DNA of 36,029 bases, taken from the IMG/VR virus record IMGVR_UViG_3300009703_000050, positions 1 through 36,029 of that record; one strand, given 5' to 3'. Under the pieces are notes generated by a model. That model saw only the letters and a list, made by a program, of their open reading frames with translations, was not told where the DNA came from and did not search any database. Origin of the DNA: a virus. Taxonomy: Duplodnaviria; Caudoviricetes. Below are positions 15,003 through 24,426 of this stretch, piece after piece (within the stretch, counting starts at the first letter, position 1; the number at the start of each line of letters is the position of its first letter). The position numbers were made by a program, and so were the translations under genes.

Positions 15003-16429
15003 TGCTCCTAGACATCAAGCAACAGAAACGTGTGGTGTCCTGTCTCGTACAGGACACAGCGTTCTCCTACAACTGGAGCGACCAAGCTCGTGTCCTGTTG
15101 AGCGACTACGACTCCGGGCGCAAGCTCGTCGAGGTCGTGGCCGAGTTCCGCGACACCAACCACAGACTACCCAACACCTTGATGGAGTTGGAGTCCTACA
15201 TCGAAAGCACCTCGACCAACGACGAAGCAGTCGCAAGCCTGCTGGCCTGCGCGCAGCGTGCCTACAGCGAGAAGGTAGACAGCCAGACCGCCGAGACTAT
15301 CGGTAAGGCCACACAGGAGGCTCTGAGCCAGCACATCGCCATGCAGGGCATGGCAGCACAGATGGCCGCCGGGGCAGAGGAGGGCAAGCTAGACCTTGAA
15401 GAACTGTCCAAGATGTTCTCCGAGACTATCCCACGAGCAGCCAACGCAACCCAGTCAACAGCTACGTCCTTCCTCGACTTCCCGCAGGAGCTTATCACTC
15501 ACCGTGAGAACAGCGCACTGCGTGGCGTTAAGACCACCTTCCCCTCGCTGGACAAGCAGTTGCGTGGTGGACAGGGACTTGGCCCCGGCGAGTACGCCAT
15601 CGTGGTTGGCCCTACCAACTCCGGTAAGACCTCTGTCCTCATCAACCTTGGCCGTGGTATGTACATGGACGGTAAGAAGGTGCTGCACATCAGCCTAGAG
15701 ATGACGAAGGAAGCCATGATGACCAAGTACCTCGCCAGCATGGCCGACATACCTATCCATGAGCTTGATGTCATGGGGCCGTCTGCTATGCGTAAGCTGA
15801 CCAAGGACGTGGCGATGATGTCCGAGGGTGAACTCAAGCTGGAGTACGTCGAAGCCATGTCTCTGTCTGTGAGCGGACTGGAAGGAAGGATTCGCACGCT
15901 CATGGGTACACAGAACTGGACTCCCGACGTTGTTATCCTCGACTACGCTGACCTGCTCAAGGCCACCAAGGCTAGAGATGCGGGCTGGGCTGAGCAGGAG
16001 GAGACTCACGTTCGCCTGCGCTCGATGGCTGCCTCGCTCAACCTGCCTCTGTTCACCGCGTCCCAGACCAACAGGTCAGGGCTGGCTGTCAACTTCAACG
16101 AGTCAGGCAGGCGCATCGCTAAGGTAACGCCGGGCGGCAACCATCAGGTCGCAGGTAGCCTTGGCAAGATTATGACCGCCGACTACGTGTTCACACTGGG
16201 TCAGCAGTTCGACATCGACCTCGACGATTGGAGGCCACAAGAGAAGGCCATCGTCATGCGTACTACCAAGAGCAGGCAGGGTGCCGTTGGCCTCGACATG
16301 ATATGGCAGGCTGACTTAGGTCGCTGTCGTATGGAAGACGCGGTGCCTACTACTGACCTGTTGACCGCCATTAAGGAGTACGGCAGCAAGGGCGAAGCTG
16401 AAGTCGAAGGGGAGTTGAACGTAGCGTAA
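15002..16429 (+). CDS. dnaB: Replicative DnaB-type helicase
   Basis: GPTNSGKT, ISLEM, ILDYADLL, TASQTNR, ADYV, KSR; ATG overlaps upstream stop. Confidence 0.92.
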   Translation: MLLDIKQQKRVVSCLVQDTAFSYNWSDQARVLLSDYDSGRKLVEVVAEFRDTNHRLPNTLMELESYIESTSTNDEAVASLLACAQRAYSEKVDSQTAETIGKATQEALSQHIAMQGMAAQMAAGAEEGKLDLEELSKMFSETIPRAANATQSTATSFLDFPQELITHRENSALRGVKTTFPSLDKQLRGGQGLGPGEYAIVVGPTNSGKTSVLINLGRGMYMDGKKVLHISLEMTKEAMMTKYLASMADIPIHELDVMGPSAMRKLTKDVAMMSEGELKLEYVEAMSLSVSGLEGRIRTLMGTQNWTPDVVILDYADLLKATKARDAGWAEQEETHVRLRSMAASLNLPLFTASQTNRSGLAVNFNESGRRIAKVTPGGNHQVAGSLGKIMTADYVFTLGQQFDIDLDDWRPQEKAIVMRTTKSRQGAVGLDMIWQADLGRCRMEDAVPTTDLLTAIKEYGSKGEAEVEGELNVA

Positions 16430-16728
16430 TGTACGACGTGTTCTACAAGGTCAAGATGGCGCTCGACGATGCGTCGTACCGTATCAAGAAAGCGGGCGGC
16501 AAGCGTACGCGCATGGACAACAGTACGATTGCCAAGCTGTACATCGCTGCCCGTGACCGGTACGGGTGGCAGTGTCACGTCTGCAACGCGCAGCTACTCC
16601 CTACTGATGCGTCTACTACCCTCGACCATCTGATTCCGATAGGGCAGGGTGGCACCAACGACCTCGACAACCTCAAGCCTGCCTGCCGTGACTGTAACGT
16701 AGGCAGAGGCGACCACTGGATTTTCTAG
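16429..16728 (+). CDS. HNH endonuclease
   Basis: RD...CHVC, TLDHLIP...GGTN...NL...CRDCN. Confidence 0.9.
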   Translation: MYDVFYKVKMALDDASYRIKKAGGKRTRMDNSTIAKLYIAARDRYGWQCHVCNAQLLPTDASTTLDHLIPIGQGGTNDLDNLKPACRDCNVGRGDHWIF

Positions 16729-16734
16729 AAAATA

Positions 16735-17625
16735 ATGACTACAATAGAAGCAGTAAAGGTTAAGTATCCTGAAGCCATCCGTGGCACCGGGCCAGAGATT
16801 AGAATTAACTGCCCTATGTGCGTCAAGCGTGTAGGCAGCCCCAACGTGACACTCAAGTTGTACCTCAACGCCAACACGGAGCGGTTTATGTGCTTTAGAT
16901 GCTCGGCTAAGGGTGTTGGACTCAAGCGGCTCGACATCGAGAGTGGTACGCCCGTGTATGACCGTGAGGCTATCCGAGGCATGGCATCAACTATGCACGC
17001 CGAGGAGAAGTTGGTCAGCGACTACGTTGCTGCGCCTGACGGGTTTCAGCAGGACTGGAGGATACCGACCGAGGGCCTCAGGGCTCTTCGCTACCTGAGG
17101 GAGCGAGGCGTGACGCTAGAGCAAGCAGAGGGTTGGGGTCTCGGCTACTGCACCGAGGGTAAGCTCAAGGACTTCATCATTCTCCCGGTGTGGCACGTCA
17201 GCGGAGACTACATGGTCTACTGGGTTGCTCGTTCGATGACAGGCAAGAGCTACATTAACGCACAGGTTCCAAGTAACGACATCCTCTGGAACTGGGTTGG
17301 GCAGGAGCATATCATACTGGTCGAAGGTATCTTCGATGGCATAGGTGCTGGCCGTAACGCTGTCGCTATGCTTGGTAAGCTCCTGAAGAAGGGACAGTTG
17401 GCCAAGCTGGTCATGTGTCCCCCGAAGTCAGTGTGTGTCATGGTCGACCGGGACGCACGAGCGGACGCTATCAGCATAGCCTCGCGCCTGCAACCCTTCG
17501 TCGAACACATCACCATAGCAACGCCGCCCGAGGGCAAAGACCCCGGCAGCATGACCCCGACCGAGATACAGGCGTGTGTCGTCACGGCTAAAACACTGGA
17601 GAAGATAAATCGTGAAGTTTCTTAA
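16735..17625 (+). CDS. dnaG: DnaG-type primase
   Basis: CPMC...CFRC Zn finger, YLRERG, TOPRIM VEGIFD and DRD, KDP. Confidence 0.9.
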   Translation: MTTIEAVKVKYPEAIRGTGPEIRINCPMCVKRVGSPNVTLKLYLNANTERFMCFRCSAKGVGLKRLDIESGTPVYDREAIRGMASTMHAEEKLVSDYVAAPDGFQQDWRIPTEGLRALRYLRERGVTLEQAEGWGLGYCTEGKLKDFIILPVWHVSGDYMVYWVARSMTGKSYINAQVPSNDILWNWVGQEHIILVEGIFDGIGAGRNAVAMLGKLLKKGQLAKLVMCPPKSVCVMVDRDARADAISIASRLQPFVEHITIATPPEGKDPGSMTPTEIQACVVTAKTLEKINREVS

Positions 17626-18022
17626 ATCCAAGATTAAAGTAGAGGTTCGTATTCCTTACGACGCAGCAGTGGCTCGTCTTGGAGCGAAGGAGAGACACAC
17701 GTTCAAGCTGGTGGAGGCGTGCGGCAGTTTACAGAAGGCCGCAGACATTCAGAACATTGACAGGCAACGAGTTTATAAACACATCAAGGGAGCCATGCAG
17801 AACCTTCGCGTGTGGATGACTCCGAGAGAATACTACAACTGTCTGGCTCGCATGAAGAAGCGGTGCCGGATGCCGAAGAAGCTCGGCGTGTTCGGAAAGA
17901 TTAACGACGAAACTCCTCGACTGTACGTGTGGCTGACCATCCAGCAGATACGAGGTCTAGCCAAGGGCACCGTCACGCAGTACGGCAAAGAGAAGCCCCT
18001 CGTTACGAGGAAGAAACCATAA
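17612..18022 (+). CDS. Sigma70 region-4-like HTH protein
   Basis: AVARLGAKERHTFKL...SLQKAADIQNIDRQRVYKHIKGAMQNLR resembles ECF sigma region 4. Confidence 0.65.
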   Translation: MKFLKSKIKVEVRIPYDAAVARLGAKERHTFKLVEACGSLQKAADIQNIDRQRVYKHIKGAMQNLRVWMTPREYYNCLARMKKRCRMPKKLGVFGKINDETPRLYVWLTIQQIRGLAKGTVTQYGKEKPLVTRKKP

Positions 18023-18031
18023 CCGGGAGTG

Positions 18032-18110
18032 TAGCCATGCAAAGACAATTCAACTCAACTAAAAATCTTTCCTTGGGCTTTATGGGGGGGGTCTCCCTCT
18101 TTGGTGACAG
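18032..18110 (+). repeat. Dispersed ~80-bp element, copy 2, containing a 26-aa ORF (18037-18117) coupled to polA
   Basis: Homologous to 12154-12232; GGGAG SD; MQRQFNSTKNLSLGFMGGVSLFGDSK; stop overlaps polA ATG. Confidence 0.7.
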
Positions 18111-18113
18111 CAA

Positions 18114-21100
18114 ATGAGCTTGTGCGAGAACTGTGAGCTAACCTCTACCATAGCTGCGTGTAATAACGTGGGCGGTCGTGGGCCAGAGAAGCCTAAGCTG
18201 CTGGTCGTCACTGAGTTCGCTCCGCGTGGAGAGAGCGTGGCACCCAAGCGCGTGAAGATTATCCGTGACGAGCTGGTTGCGATGGGTGTTGACCTGTCGC
18301 AGGTGCGCTGGACAGGTGCGCTCCGCTGCCACTCAGCCATGCGACATATCGGTGAGTCTATCGAGGAGCAGAAGACTGCCATCGAAATCAACCGCATCGT
18401 TAAGGGCTGCCGCGAGCATCTCCTTGCTGAGATAAAGGAGTGCCAGCCCAAGGTCGTGCTGCTCGTGGGTAACATCGCCCTCAAGACTGCCTTCAATAGG
18501 AAGAGTGGGATGGACAAGTACAAGGGGAGCATCTTCCAAGAGGGTGACATCACTTACCTCGTGACCAAAGACCCGCTGCACATACCTAAGAAGAGCCGTG
18601 CCGAGGCCGAGTTTCTCGCCAGCCTGAAGAAGGTGAAGGCGTGCCTGACTGGTAAGCTGGAGGGTGACGGCAAGTACATGATGCCCAAGACCACAGCAGA
18701 GCTACAGGCTGCGCGTAAGATACTCATGTCACAGGACGTACTGACCTTCGACTTTGAGATTGCGATGTCTCTCAGCAAGGGAGTCAGAGACACCGACAAG
18801 CTGCTGGGCTGTGGCTTCTCGTGGGAAGCAGGCAAGGCCATCTACATACCCCTCGACCACAAGGACTCCCCCTTCAACGGGACACAGGAGGCTCACGACG
18901 TGGTGAAGGAGGTGCTGGCTGCCAAGGGCATCAAGAAGATAGCACACAACGGTTACTTCGACTGCCACGCAGCCAAGGTGTTCTACAAGGAGCTGCCGGC
19001 AAACTTCCACTTCGATACCATGCTGGCTCACCACCTGCTCGACCCGACCACGGGTACGCACGGGCTGAAGTACCTAGCTGGTATGCACACCGACCTCGGT
19101 GGATACGAGGAGAAGATTAGTGCCATCCTAGACAAGCTGCCCAAGGCCGAGCGGAACTACGGTGTCCTGCCTCTCGATATGATAGCTAAGTACTGCTGCA
19201 TCGACGCGGACGTGACCTTCAGGCTGTACGGCAGGTTCAAGTTTGAGCTTGAGGAGATGAACCTCACCGGGTTCTTTGAGAAGATAACGATGCCTACCAT
19301 CATGACGCTCATCGACATGCGGGTGCGTGGCTTCAACCTCGACCTCGGCAAGCTGGACATGCTCATCGACCTGTACGAGAAGGAGGTCGTGTCTACCCTG
19401 AAGGAGGTCATCGCCTGCCCCAAGGTGCAGGAGACTAACGCCGAGCTTAACGTGAACTCCCCCAAGCAGATAGCAAAGCTGCTGTTTGAGGTGTACAAGC
19501 TGCCTGTCCTCAAGAAGACAGCCAGTGGTGCGCCTGCTGCGGACATGGCTACGCTGCTGCGTGCTGCCAGTACCATCAAGGACGAGGGGGAGGTGTCTAC
19601 GTTCATCAACGCCTACCTCGCACACAAGAAGGCTAAGAAGACACTGGCGACCTACCTCATCAGCATGAGAGAGAAGGCACACAAGACAGAGGACGGCATC
19701 CGTATCTACACAGACTACCGACCACTGACAGAGACAGGTCGTCTGATGTGTGTGAAGGGAGATACGCTAGTCCAGACACGGAAAGGCCTAGTGGAGATGC
19801 AGGACGTTCGAGTGGGTGATGAGGTTGCCACCCATAAGGGAAGATATAGGAAGGTTTTGAAGGAAATCTTCAAAGGGTACGATACGATGGTAACGATAAC
19901 AATGGACAACGGTGAGTCACTCACCTGCACCCCCAGTCATAAACTACTACTAAAAGACGGCTCTTGGAAGACTGTCGAGGAGATTGAAAATGTCAGTATC
20001 GAAAACGTGGGTGAAGAACCCAGAGAATATACGGAAGACTTTGGAGTTGTACTTAGACATGGGCTTGGGGCTAACTCTAGCGAAGGTGGCAGAGGCGCTG
20101 GGGACATCATACCACAACGTCGGGGCAGTGGCCAAGGAGAATCTATCCCCGAAGCTACTAAAGGGCGTACAGGCCAGCAAGTACTCAGCTTCCAAAACAG
20201 GAAGCAAAAACCCAATGACAGCAAAGAGCGGACAGCAACATCACAACTGGAAGGGGGACTGCGACGACGGCTACGGATACAAGACGAGGAAGGTAGGACA
20301 GAGGAGGTACTTCGTACATCGGATAGTCTTTGCGGAACACGTATTGAAGATTCCAGTGGAACAACTATCGGAGACAGTACACGTACACCACATCGACGGC
20401 GACACGCTGAACAATCATCCAGACAACTTAGCGGCTGTAACCACCAAGGGGCACAAGGCTATCCACCACTTGCAGGACGTAACAACAAAGACAGTGTCAG
20501 AATTGAAAGCATCAGCGTTGCAGGAACTTACGGAGTCTATGACATCACAGTTGAAGAAGACCACTCTTACCTAGCGGCGGGTATTTACTCGCACAACTCT
20601 AGCTCGCCCAACCTACAGAACCTACCCGCTGACCACGACAAGAAGCACAAGGTCAAGGACATCTTCACCGCACCCAAGGGCTATCAGTTCATGGAGATGG
20701 ACTTCTCCCAGATTGAGCTGCGTAACCTAGCCAACACCACTCGTGACGAGCAGTTGGTGGGTGCCTACCTGAACGGGGAGGACTTGCACACCAAGACAGC
20801 GCAGCTCCTCTTTCAGCGGGACGAGGTGACATCGGGCGAGCGTAAGCTAGGCAAGACCATCAACTTTGCCTCAGTCTATGGCGCAGGGCCGTGGCGACTG
20901 GCCGAGACTATCACTACCGGGAACCTGCTTGACGGGCCGGAGACTCTCGCTATGGTCATGGACACGCTGGGCCTCGACGCGAAGCAGGCCAAGACTAGGA
21001 TTAGTCGCAACCTCAACGCAGCATTGGCTGACGTGGGGGAGGTGCTGCTTGACCGCTTCTTCTCCTCGTACCCGGCTGTGTCCTCGTGGCAGACCAAGAT

Positions 21101-21524
21101 TGAGTCGTATGTGGCCAAGCATGAACACTTACGCACACCCTTCGGACGCATCAGGTACATCGAGACACGCACCAAGCGAGGTGCCAAGTACACAGCCCAG
21201 TGGCAGAACATCGCACGCAACACGCCAATACAATCGGTGTCGAGTGACTGCCTGCTACTATCACTGGTGGCCTGTAACGATTTACTCAAGGCCAGAGGGG
21301 CTAAAACAAAGGTTGTTGGCACGGTACACGACTCCATCCTCTTCTACATCCATGAGGATGAGATGGATTTGCTGCCTATCATCAAGAAGGAGATGGAAAT
21401 TGCACCGACAAGATTCATGCCTGACTTCTTCGTCGTGCCTCTGGTCGCGGACATACAAATTGGCCCATCGTGGGGTAAAATAGTACCGCTTGAGCTAGAC
21501 GACACAGCAACATCTGTGCTATAA
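18114..21524 (+). CDS. polA: Family A DNA polymerase: UDG-like N-terminal domain, 3'-5' exonuclease, intein-containing
   Basis: Exo DFE, HNGYFD, YCCID; TGRL..SPNLQN; motif A DFSQIELR, B KTINFASVYG, C VHDS. Confidence 0.96.
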   Translation: MSLCENCELTSTIAACNNVGGRGPEKPKLLVVTEFAPRGESVAPKRVKIIRDELVAMGVDLSQVRWTGALRCHSAMRHIGESIEEQKTAIEINRIVKGCREHLLAEIKECQPKVVLLVGNIALKTAFNRKSGMDKYKGSIFQEGDITYLVTKDPLHIPKKSRAEAEFLASLKKVKACLTGKLEGDGKYMMPKTTAELQAARKILMSQDVLTFDFEIAMSLSKGVRDTDKLLGCGFSWEAGKAIYIPLDHKDSPFNGTQEAHDVVKEVLAAKGIKKIAHNGYFDCHAAKVFYKELPANFHFDTMLAHHLLDPTTGTHGLKYLAGMHTDLGGYEEKISAILDKLPKAERNYGVLPLDMIAKYCCIDADVTFRLYGRFKFELEEMNLTGFFEKITMPTIMTLIDMRVRGFNLDLGKLDMLIDLYEKEVVSTLKEVIACPKVQETNAELNVNSPKQIAKLLFEVYKLPVLKKTASGAPAADMATLLRAASTIKDEGEVSTFINAYLAHKKAKKTLATYLISMREKAHKTEDGIRIYTDYRPLTETGRLMCVKGDTLVQTRKGLVEMQDVRVGDEVATHKGRYRKVLKEIFKGYDTMVTITMDNGESLTCTPSHKLLLKDGSWKTVEEIENVSIENVGEEPREYTEDFGVVLRHGLGANSSEGGRGAGDIIPQRRGSGQGESIPEATKGRTGQQVLSFQNRKQKPNDSKERTATSQLEGGLRRRLRIQDEEGRTEEVLRTSDSLCGTRIEDSSGTTIGDSTRTPHRRRHAEQSSRQLSGCNHQGAQGYPPLAGRNNKDSVRIESISVAGTYGVYDITVEEDHSYLAAGIYSHNSSSPNLQNLPADHDKKHKVKDIFTAPKGYQFMEMDFSQIELRNLANTTRDEQLVGAYLNGEDLHTKTAQLLFQRDEVTSGERKLGKTINFASVYGAGPWRLAETITTGNLLDGPETLAMVMDTLGLDAKQAKTRISRNLNAALADVGEVLLDRFFSSYPAVSSWQTKIESYVAKHEHLRTPFGRIRYIETRTKRGAKYTAQWQNIARNTPIQSVSSDCLLLSLVACNDLLKARGAKTKVVGTVHDSILFYIHEDEMDLLPIIKKEMEIAPTRFMPDFFVVPLVADIQIGPSWGKIVPLELDDTATSVL
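19749..20597 (+). mobile_element. Intein in PolA (283 aa), no in-frame endonuclease
   Basis: Starts CVKGDTLV, block B CTPSHKLL, ends VYDITVEEDHSYLAAGIYSHN, +1 Ser; removal restores TGRLM-SSSPNLQN. Confidence 0.95.
19990..20574 (+). CDS. HTH/NUMOD-like plus HNH homing endonuclease overprinted in the +1 frame inside the intein (194 aa)
   Basis: GAGGAG 19977-19982, 7 nt, ATG; TLAKVAEALGTSYHNV HTH; KNPM...HHNWKG; HRIV...VHHIDGDTLNNHPDNL...H...H. Confidence 0.9.
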   Translation: MSVSKTWVKNPENIRKTLELYLDMGLGLTLAKVAEALGTSYHNVGAVAKENLSPKLLKGVQASKYSASKTGSKNPMTAKSGQQHHNWKGDCDDGYGYKTRKVGQRRYFVHRIVFAEHVLKIPVEQLSETVHVHHIDGDTLNNHPDNLAAVTTKGHKAIHHLQDVTTKTVSELKASALQELTESMTSQLKKTTLT

Positions 21525-21525
21525 T
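21496..21525 (+). promoter_or_regulatory. Extended -10 promoter overlapping the polA stop
   Basis: TAGACG-18-TATAAT with TG-N; AAGGAG SD downstream. Confidence 0.75.
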
Positions 21526-21555
21526 AGAAAGATACCAGCTAAGGAGATTATTACT

Positions 21556-24306
21556 ATGCCAAAAGAACTTACCGGCCTGTCGAAGGTCATACATGAAGAG
21601 CGTTATGCTCACGACAACGAGACGTGGGCGGACACCTGCAAGCGGGTCGCCGACTACGTTTCTATGGCCGAGAACGGAGACAAGGCCGAGTGGGCTGAGG
21701 CGTTTCGTGTGCTCATGGAAGACCAAGCATTCATTCCCGGCGGTCGCATCCTCGCTAACGCAGGCAGAGTAGGCGGGCAGTTATTGAATTGCTTCGTGCT
21801 ACCAGTCGAGGACAACCGCGAGTCGATAGGCGACCTCATCAAGGAGGTTCTCATCGTGTCAGGCACAGGTGGGGGCATTGGTATCTCCTTCAAGAACCTG
21901 CGCTACCGAGGCGCTAAGATTGTCCGCGCAGGAGGCACCAGCTCAGGCTCTGTCTCTTTCATGAACGTGGTCGATGCCGTGGCTGCTACCATCAAGACAG
22001 GAGGAGGCAGGCGTGCTGCGCTCATGCTCTCACTCCCAGTAGACCACCCAGACATCGAGGAGTTCTTGAAGCACAAGCTCGACCTCAACAACCTGAACAA
22101 CGCTAACGTCAGCGTCGAGATTAACAACGACTTCATCGACGCAGTGAAGCGCAACAAGGACTGGGACTTGGTGTGGGCAGGGCAGGTCGTCAAGACCGTG
22201 AAGGCTCGCAAGCTGTGGAACAAGGTGTGTAAGAACGCCGTCAAGTGTGGCGAGCCGGGCATCCTCAACCTTGAACTCATGGAAGAGAAGTCCAACAGCT
22301 ACTACTACGCTAAGATTCTAGCGACCAACCCGTGTGTAACAGGCGAAACTACTATCCTAACCGATAAGGGACATGTTCGTATCGACTCGGTAGTTGACCA
22401 GCGGGTTAACGTCTGGAACGGCAAAGAGTGGAGCAAGGTAACCCCTAGGGTGACCGGAGAAGACCAAGAGATTATCGACGTGGAGTTCAGCGATGGGTCG
22501 GGCTTGGCTTGTACTCCTTACCATAGCTTCCCTATCGTTAAAGGAGTAGACGCTCGTCATCCCAGAGTGACCAAGGTACAGGCCAAGGACTTGCAAATTG
22601 GCGATAAGATAGATAAGTGGGAGCTTCCTGTGATTACAGGCAATACTGAGCTTAGGGAAGCCTACTCTAAGGGCGCTTTCGCGGGGGATGGATATATGCG
22701 AAGAGGAGATACGCCTGTGATAGACCTGCATGGTGTCAAACGAGACCTCATGCCCTACTTAGACGTAAAGACGCACAATGAAGGGCCGAGCTGCAAAGCA
22801 CACAACAAGATTAATGTCACCTTGGATAGCCTCCGTAGAAAGGGAGGCATGACCGACTACTGCAAGACTTTTGTGCCGGACAACACCTACACAGTCCAGT
22901 CTAGGCTGGATTGGTTGGCAGGTTACCTCGACACAGATGGGACACAGCAGAACGGTGCGGCTAGTATGTCGTCAGTAAACCGTGAGTTCTTGCTGGAACT
23001 CAAGAAAATGCTGATGACCTTAGGGGTACAGAGTACCATTAGCCTTTCTCACCCGGCTATGGTTAGGGCCATGCCCGATGGGCGCGGAGGGATGAAGGAC
23101 TATAGAACACAGGCATGTTATCGTATTACTTTTGGTTCGGGATACGTTGCGCACCTACTTAACTTGGGCCTGACCTGTCACCGTTTGGACTTCTCGAAGG
23201 CTATCGGTAGGCGCGTGAGAGCCAACGCGGTACGTATTACCAAACTTACTCCGAGGACTAAGCGCGAAGCAAAAGTGTACTGTTTTAACGAACCAAAGAG
23301 ACATATAGGCACGTTTGGTTGCGTCTCAATAGGGAATTGCGGTGAACAACCTTTGCCTGCCTACAGTGCGTGTTGCTTGGGCAGCGTGAACATCAACAAC
23401 TTCGTAAAGAACGGACGCATCGAGGAGGCTCCCTTCAAGCGGGCCATCGCTACTGCCATCCGCTTCCTCGACGACGTGCTGACCGTCAACACCTACCCTC
23501 TGGATGCTATCAAGTCTACCGTGACTGCCGAAAGGCGTATCGGTCTGGGCCTGATGGGGATTCACTCTGCCATGTTGCAGATGGGTATCAAATACTCCAG
23601 CCGTGAGGGCTTGGAGTTCATCGAGTGGGTGTACAAGACCCTGCGTGACGAGTCCTACAAGGCTTCGTGCGCTCTTGCTGCCGAGAAGGGTGCCTTCGGT
23701 CTGTTTGAGGTCGAGGCGTTCCTTGACAGTGGCTTCGTTAAGGGGCTGCCCATCGGTGTGAAGCGTAAGATACGCGAGAGCGGTATGCGTAACGTGACTG
23801 TCAACACAGCGGCACCCACAGGCACGACTGCTATGCTCTGTGGTGTCAGCTCAGGCATCGAACCCATCTTCGCTCCTGTCTACAAGCGTACCTTCTTCTC
23901 CGACAAAGCGGACGACGGCGGGCGCAAGAGTGAGATAGTGGTGGACGTTGAGGTGCAGAACGCTCTGGAGAGTGGCAAGTCCTTCGATGAGTTGGAGCAT
24001 TTTGAGGGAGCCTACGACGTACCAGTGGAGCAGCACTTCAGGGTGCAGGAGACAGTACAACGCTGCCTCGACAGCGCCACATCTAAGACCATCAACGTAC
24101 CTAAAGGATTCGACTACCAAGAATTAGAGCGGCTAATGCTCAAGTACGCTAAGACCCTCAAGGGTACGACCGTGTACATGGCGGGCAGCCGAGCGCACGA
24201 ACCGCTCCAGCCTGTCGAGTTCACCGAGGCCAACCTGAAGAAGGCCATTCGCAAAGCAGAACGCGAGGCCCGAGAGGACTGCGCTGACGGCACCTGCGAA
24301 GTATGA
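21556..24306 (+). CDS. nrdJ: Ribonucleotide reductase, probably class II (B12-dependent), intein-containing
   Basis: PGGRIL, NCFV, GGGIG, TNP-[intein]-CGEQPL, CCLGS, APTGT, SSGIEP, C-terminal Cys pair; no ATP cone and no NrdB in the window. Confidence 0.88.
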   Translation: MPKELTGLSKVIHEERYAHDNETWADTCKRVADYVSMAENGDKAEWAEAFRVLMEDQAFIPGGRILANAGRVGGQLLNCFVLPVEDNRESIGDLIKEVLIVSGTGGGIGISFKNLRYRGAKIVRAGGTSSGSVSFMNVVDAVAATIKTGGGRRAALMLSLPVDHPDIEEFLKHKLDLNNLNNANVSVEINNDFIDAVKRNKDWDLVWAGQVVKTVKARKLWNKVCKNAVKCGEPGILNLELMEEKSNSYYYAKILATNPCVTGETTILTDKGHVRIDSVVDQRVNVWNGKEWSKVTPRVTGEDQEIIDVEFSDGSGLACTPYHSFPIVKGVDARHPRVTKVQAKDLQIGDKIDKWELPVITGNTELREAYSKGAFAGDGYMRRGDTPVIDLHGVKRDLMPYLDVKTHNEGPSCKAHNKINVTLDSLRRKGGMTDYCKTFVPDNTYTVQSRLDWLAGYLDTDGTQQNGAASMSSVNREFLLELKKMLMTLGVQSTISLSHPAMVRAMPDGRGGMKDYRTQACYRITFGSGYVAHLLNLGLTCHRLDFSKAIGRRVRANAVRITKLTPRTKREAKVYCFNEPKRHIGTFGCVSIGNCGEQPLPAYSACCLGSVNINNFVKNGRIEEAPFKRAIATAIRFLDDVLTVNTYPLDAIKSTVTAERRIGLGLMGIHSAMLQMGIKYSSREGLEFIEWVYKTLRDESYKASCALAAEKGAFGLFEVEAFLDSGFVKGLPIGVKRKIRESGMRNVTVNTAAPTGTTAMLCGVSSGIEPIFAPVYKRTFFSDKADDGGRKSEIVVDVEVQNALESGKSFDELEHFEGAYDVPVEQHFRVQETVQRCLDSATSKTINVPKGFDYQELERLMLKYAKTLKGTTVYMAGSRAHEPLQPVEFTEANLKKAIRKAEREAREDCADGTCEV
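22333..23337 (+). mobile_element. LAGLIDADG intein (335 aa) just before the RNR radical Cys
   Basis: Starts CVTGET, CTPYH, GAFAGDG and WLAGYLDTDG, ends VYCFNEP...SIGN, +1 Cys. Confidence 0.95.
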
Positions 24307-24336
24307 GCTTAGCGCTCGCTTTATTTCCCTAACCCG

Positions 24337-24366
24337 TTGACAACAGCCCGAAAAGTGTGGTATACT
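24337..24366 (+). promoter_or_regulatory. sigma70-type promoter with extended -10
   Basis: TTGACA-18-TATACT, TG-N. Confidence 0.85.
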
Positions 24367-24426
24367 ATATGTATAGCTACACATTAACGACCTAAACGAA
24401 ACGACCCAACGAAAAGGAGACCCATT

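Noticed and set aside
19749-20597. PolA insertion as a group I intron or frameshifted pseudogene
   Set aside because: Frame is continuous, length is a multiple of 3 and all intein blocks are present.
20866-21483. 205-aa alternate-frame ORF in polA as a second overprinted gene
   Set aside because: No ATG with SD at its start, no domain motif, R/S/P/W-rich shadow composition, unlike 19990-20574.
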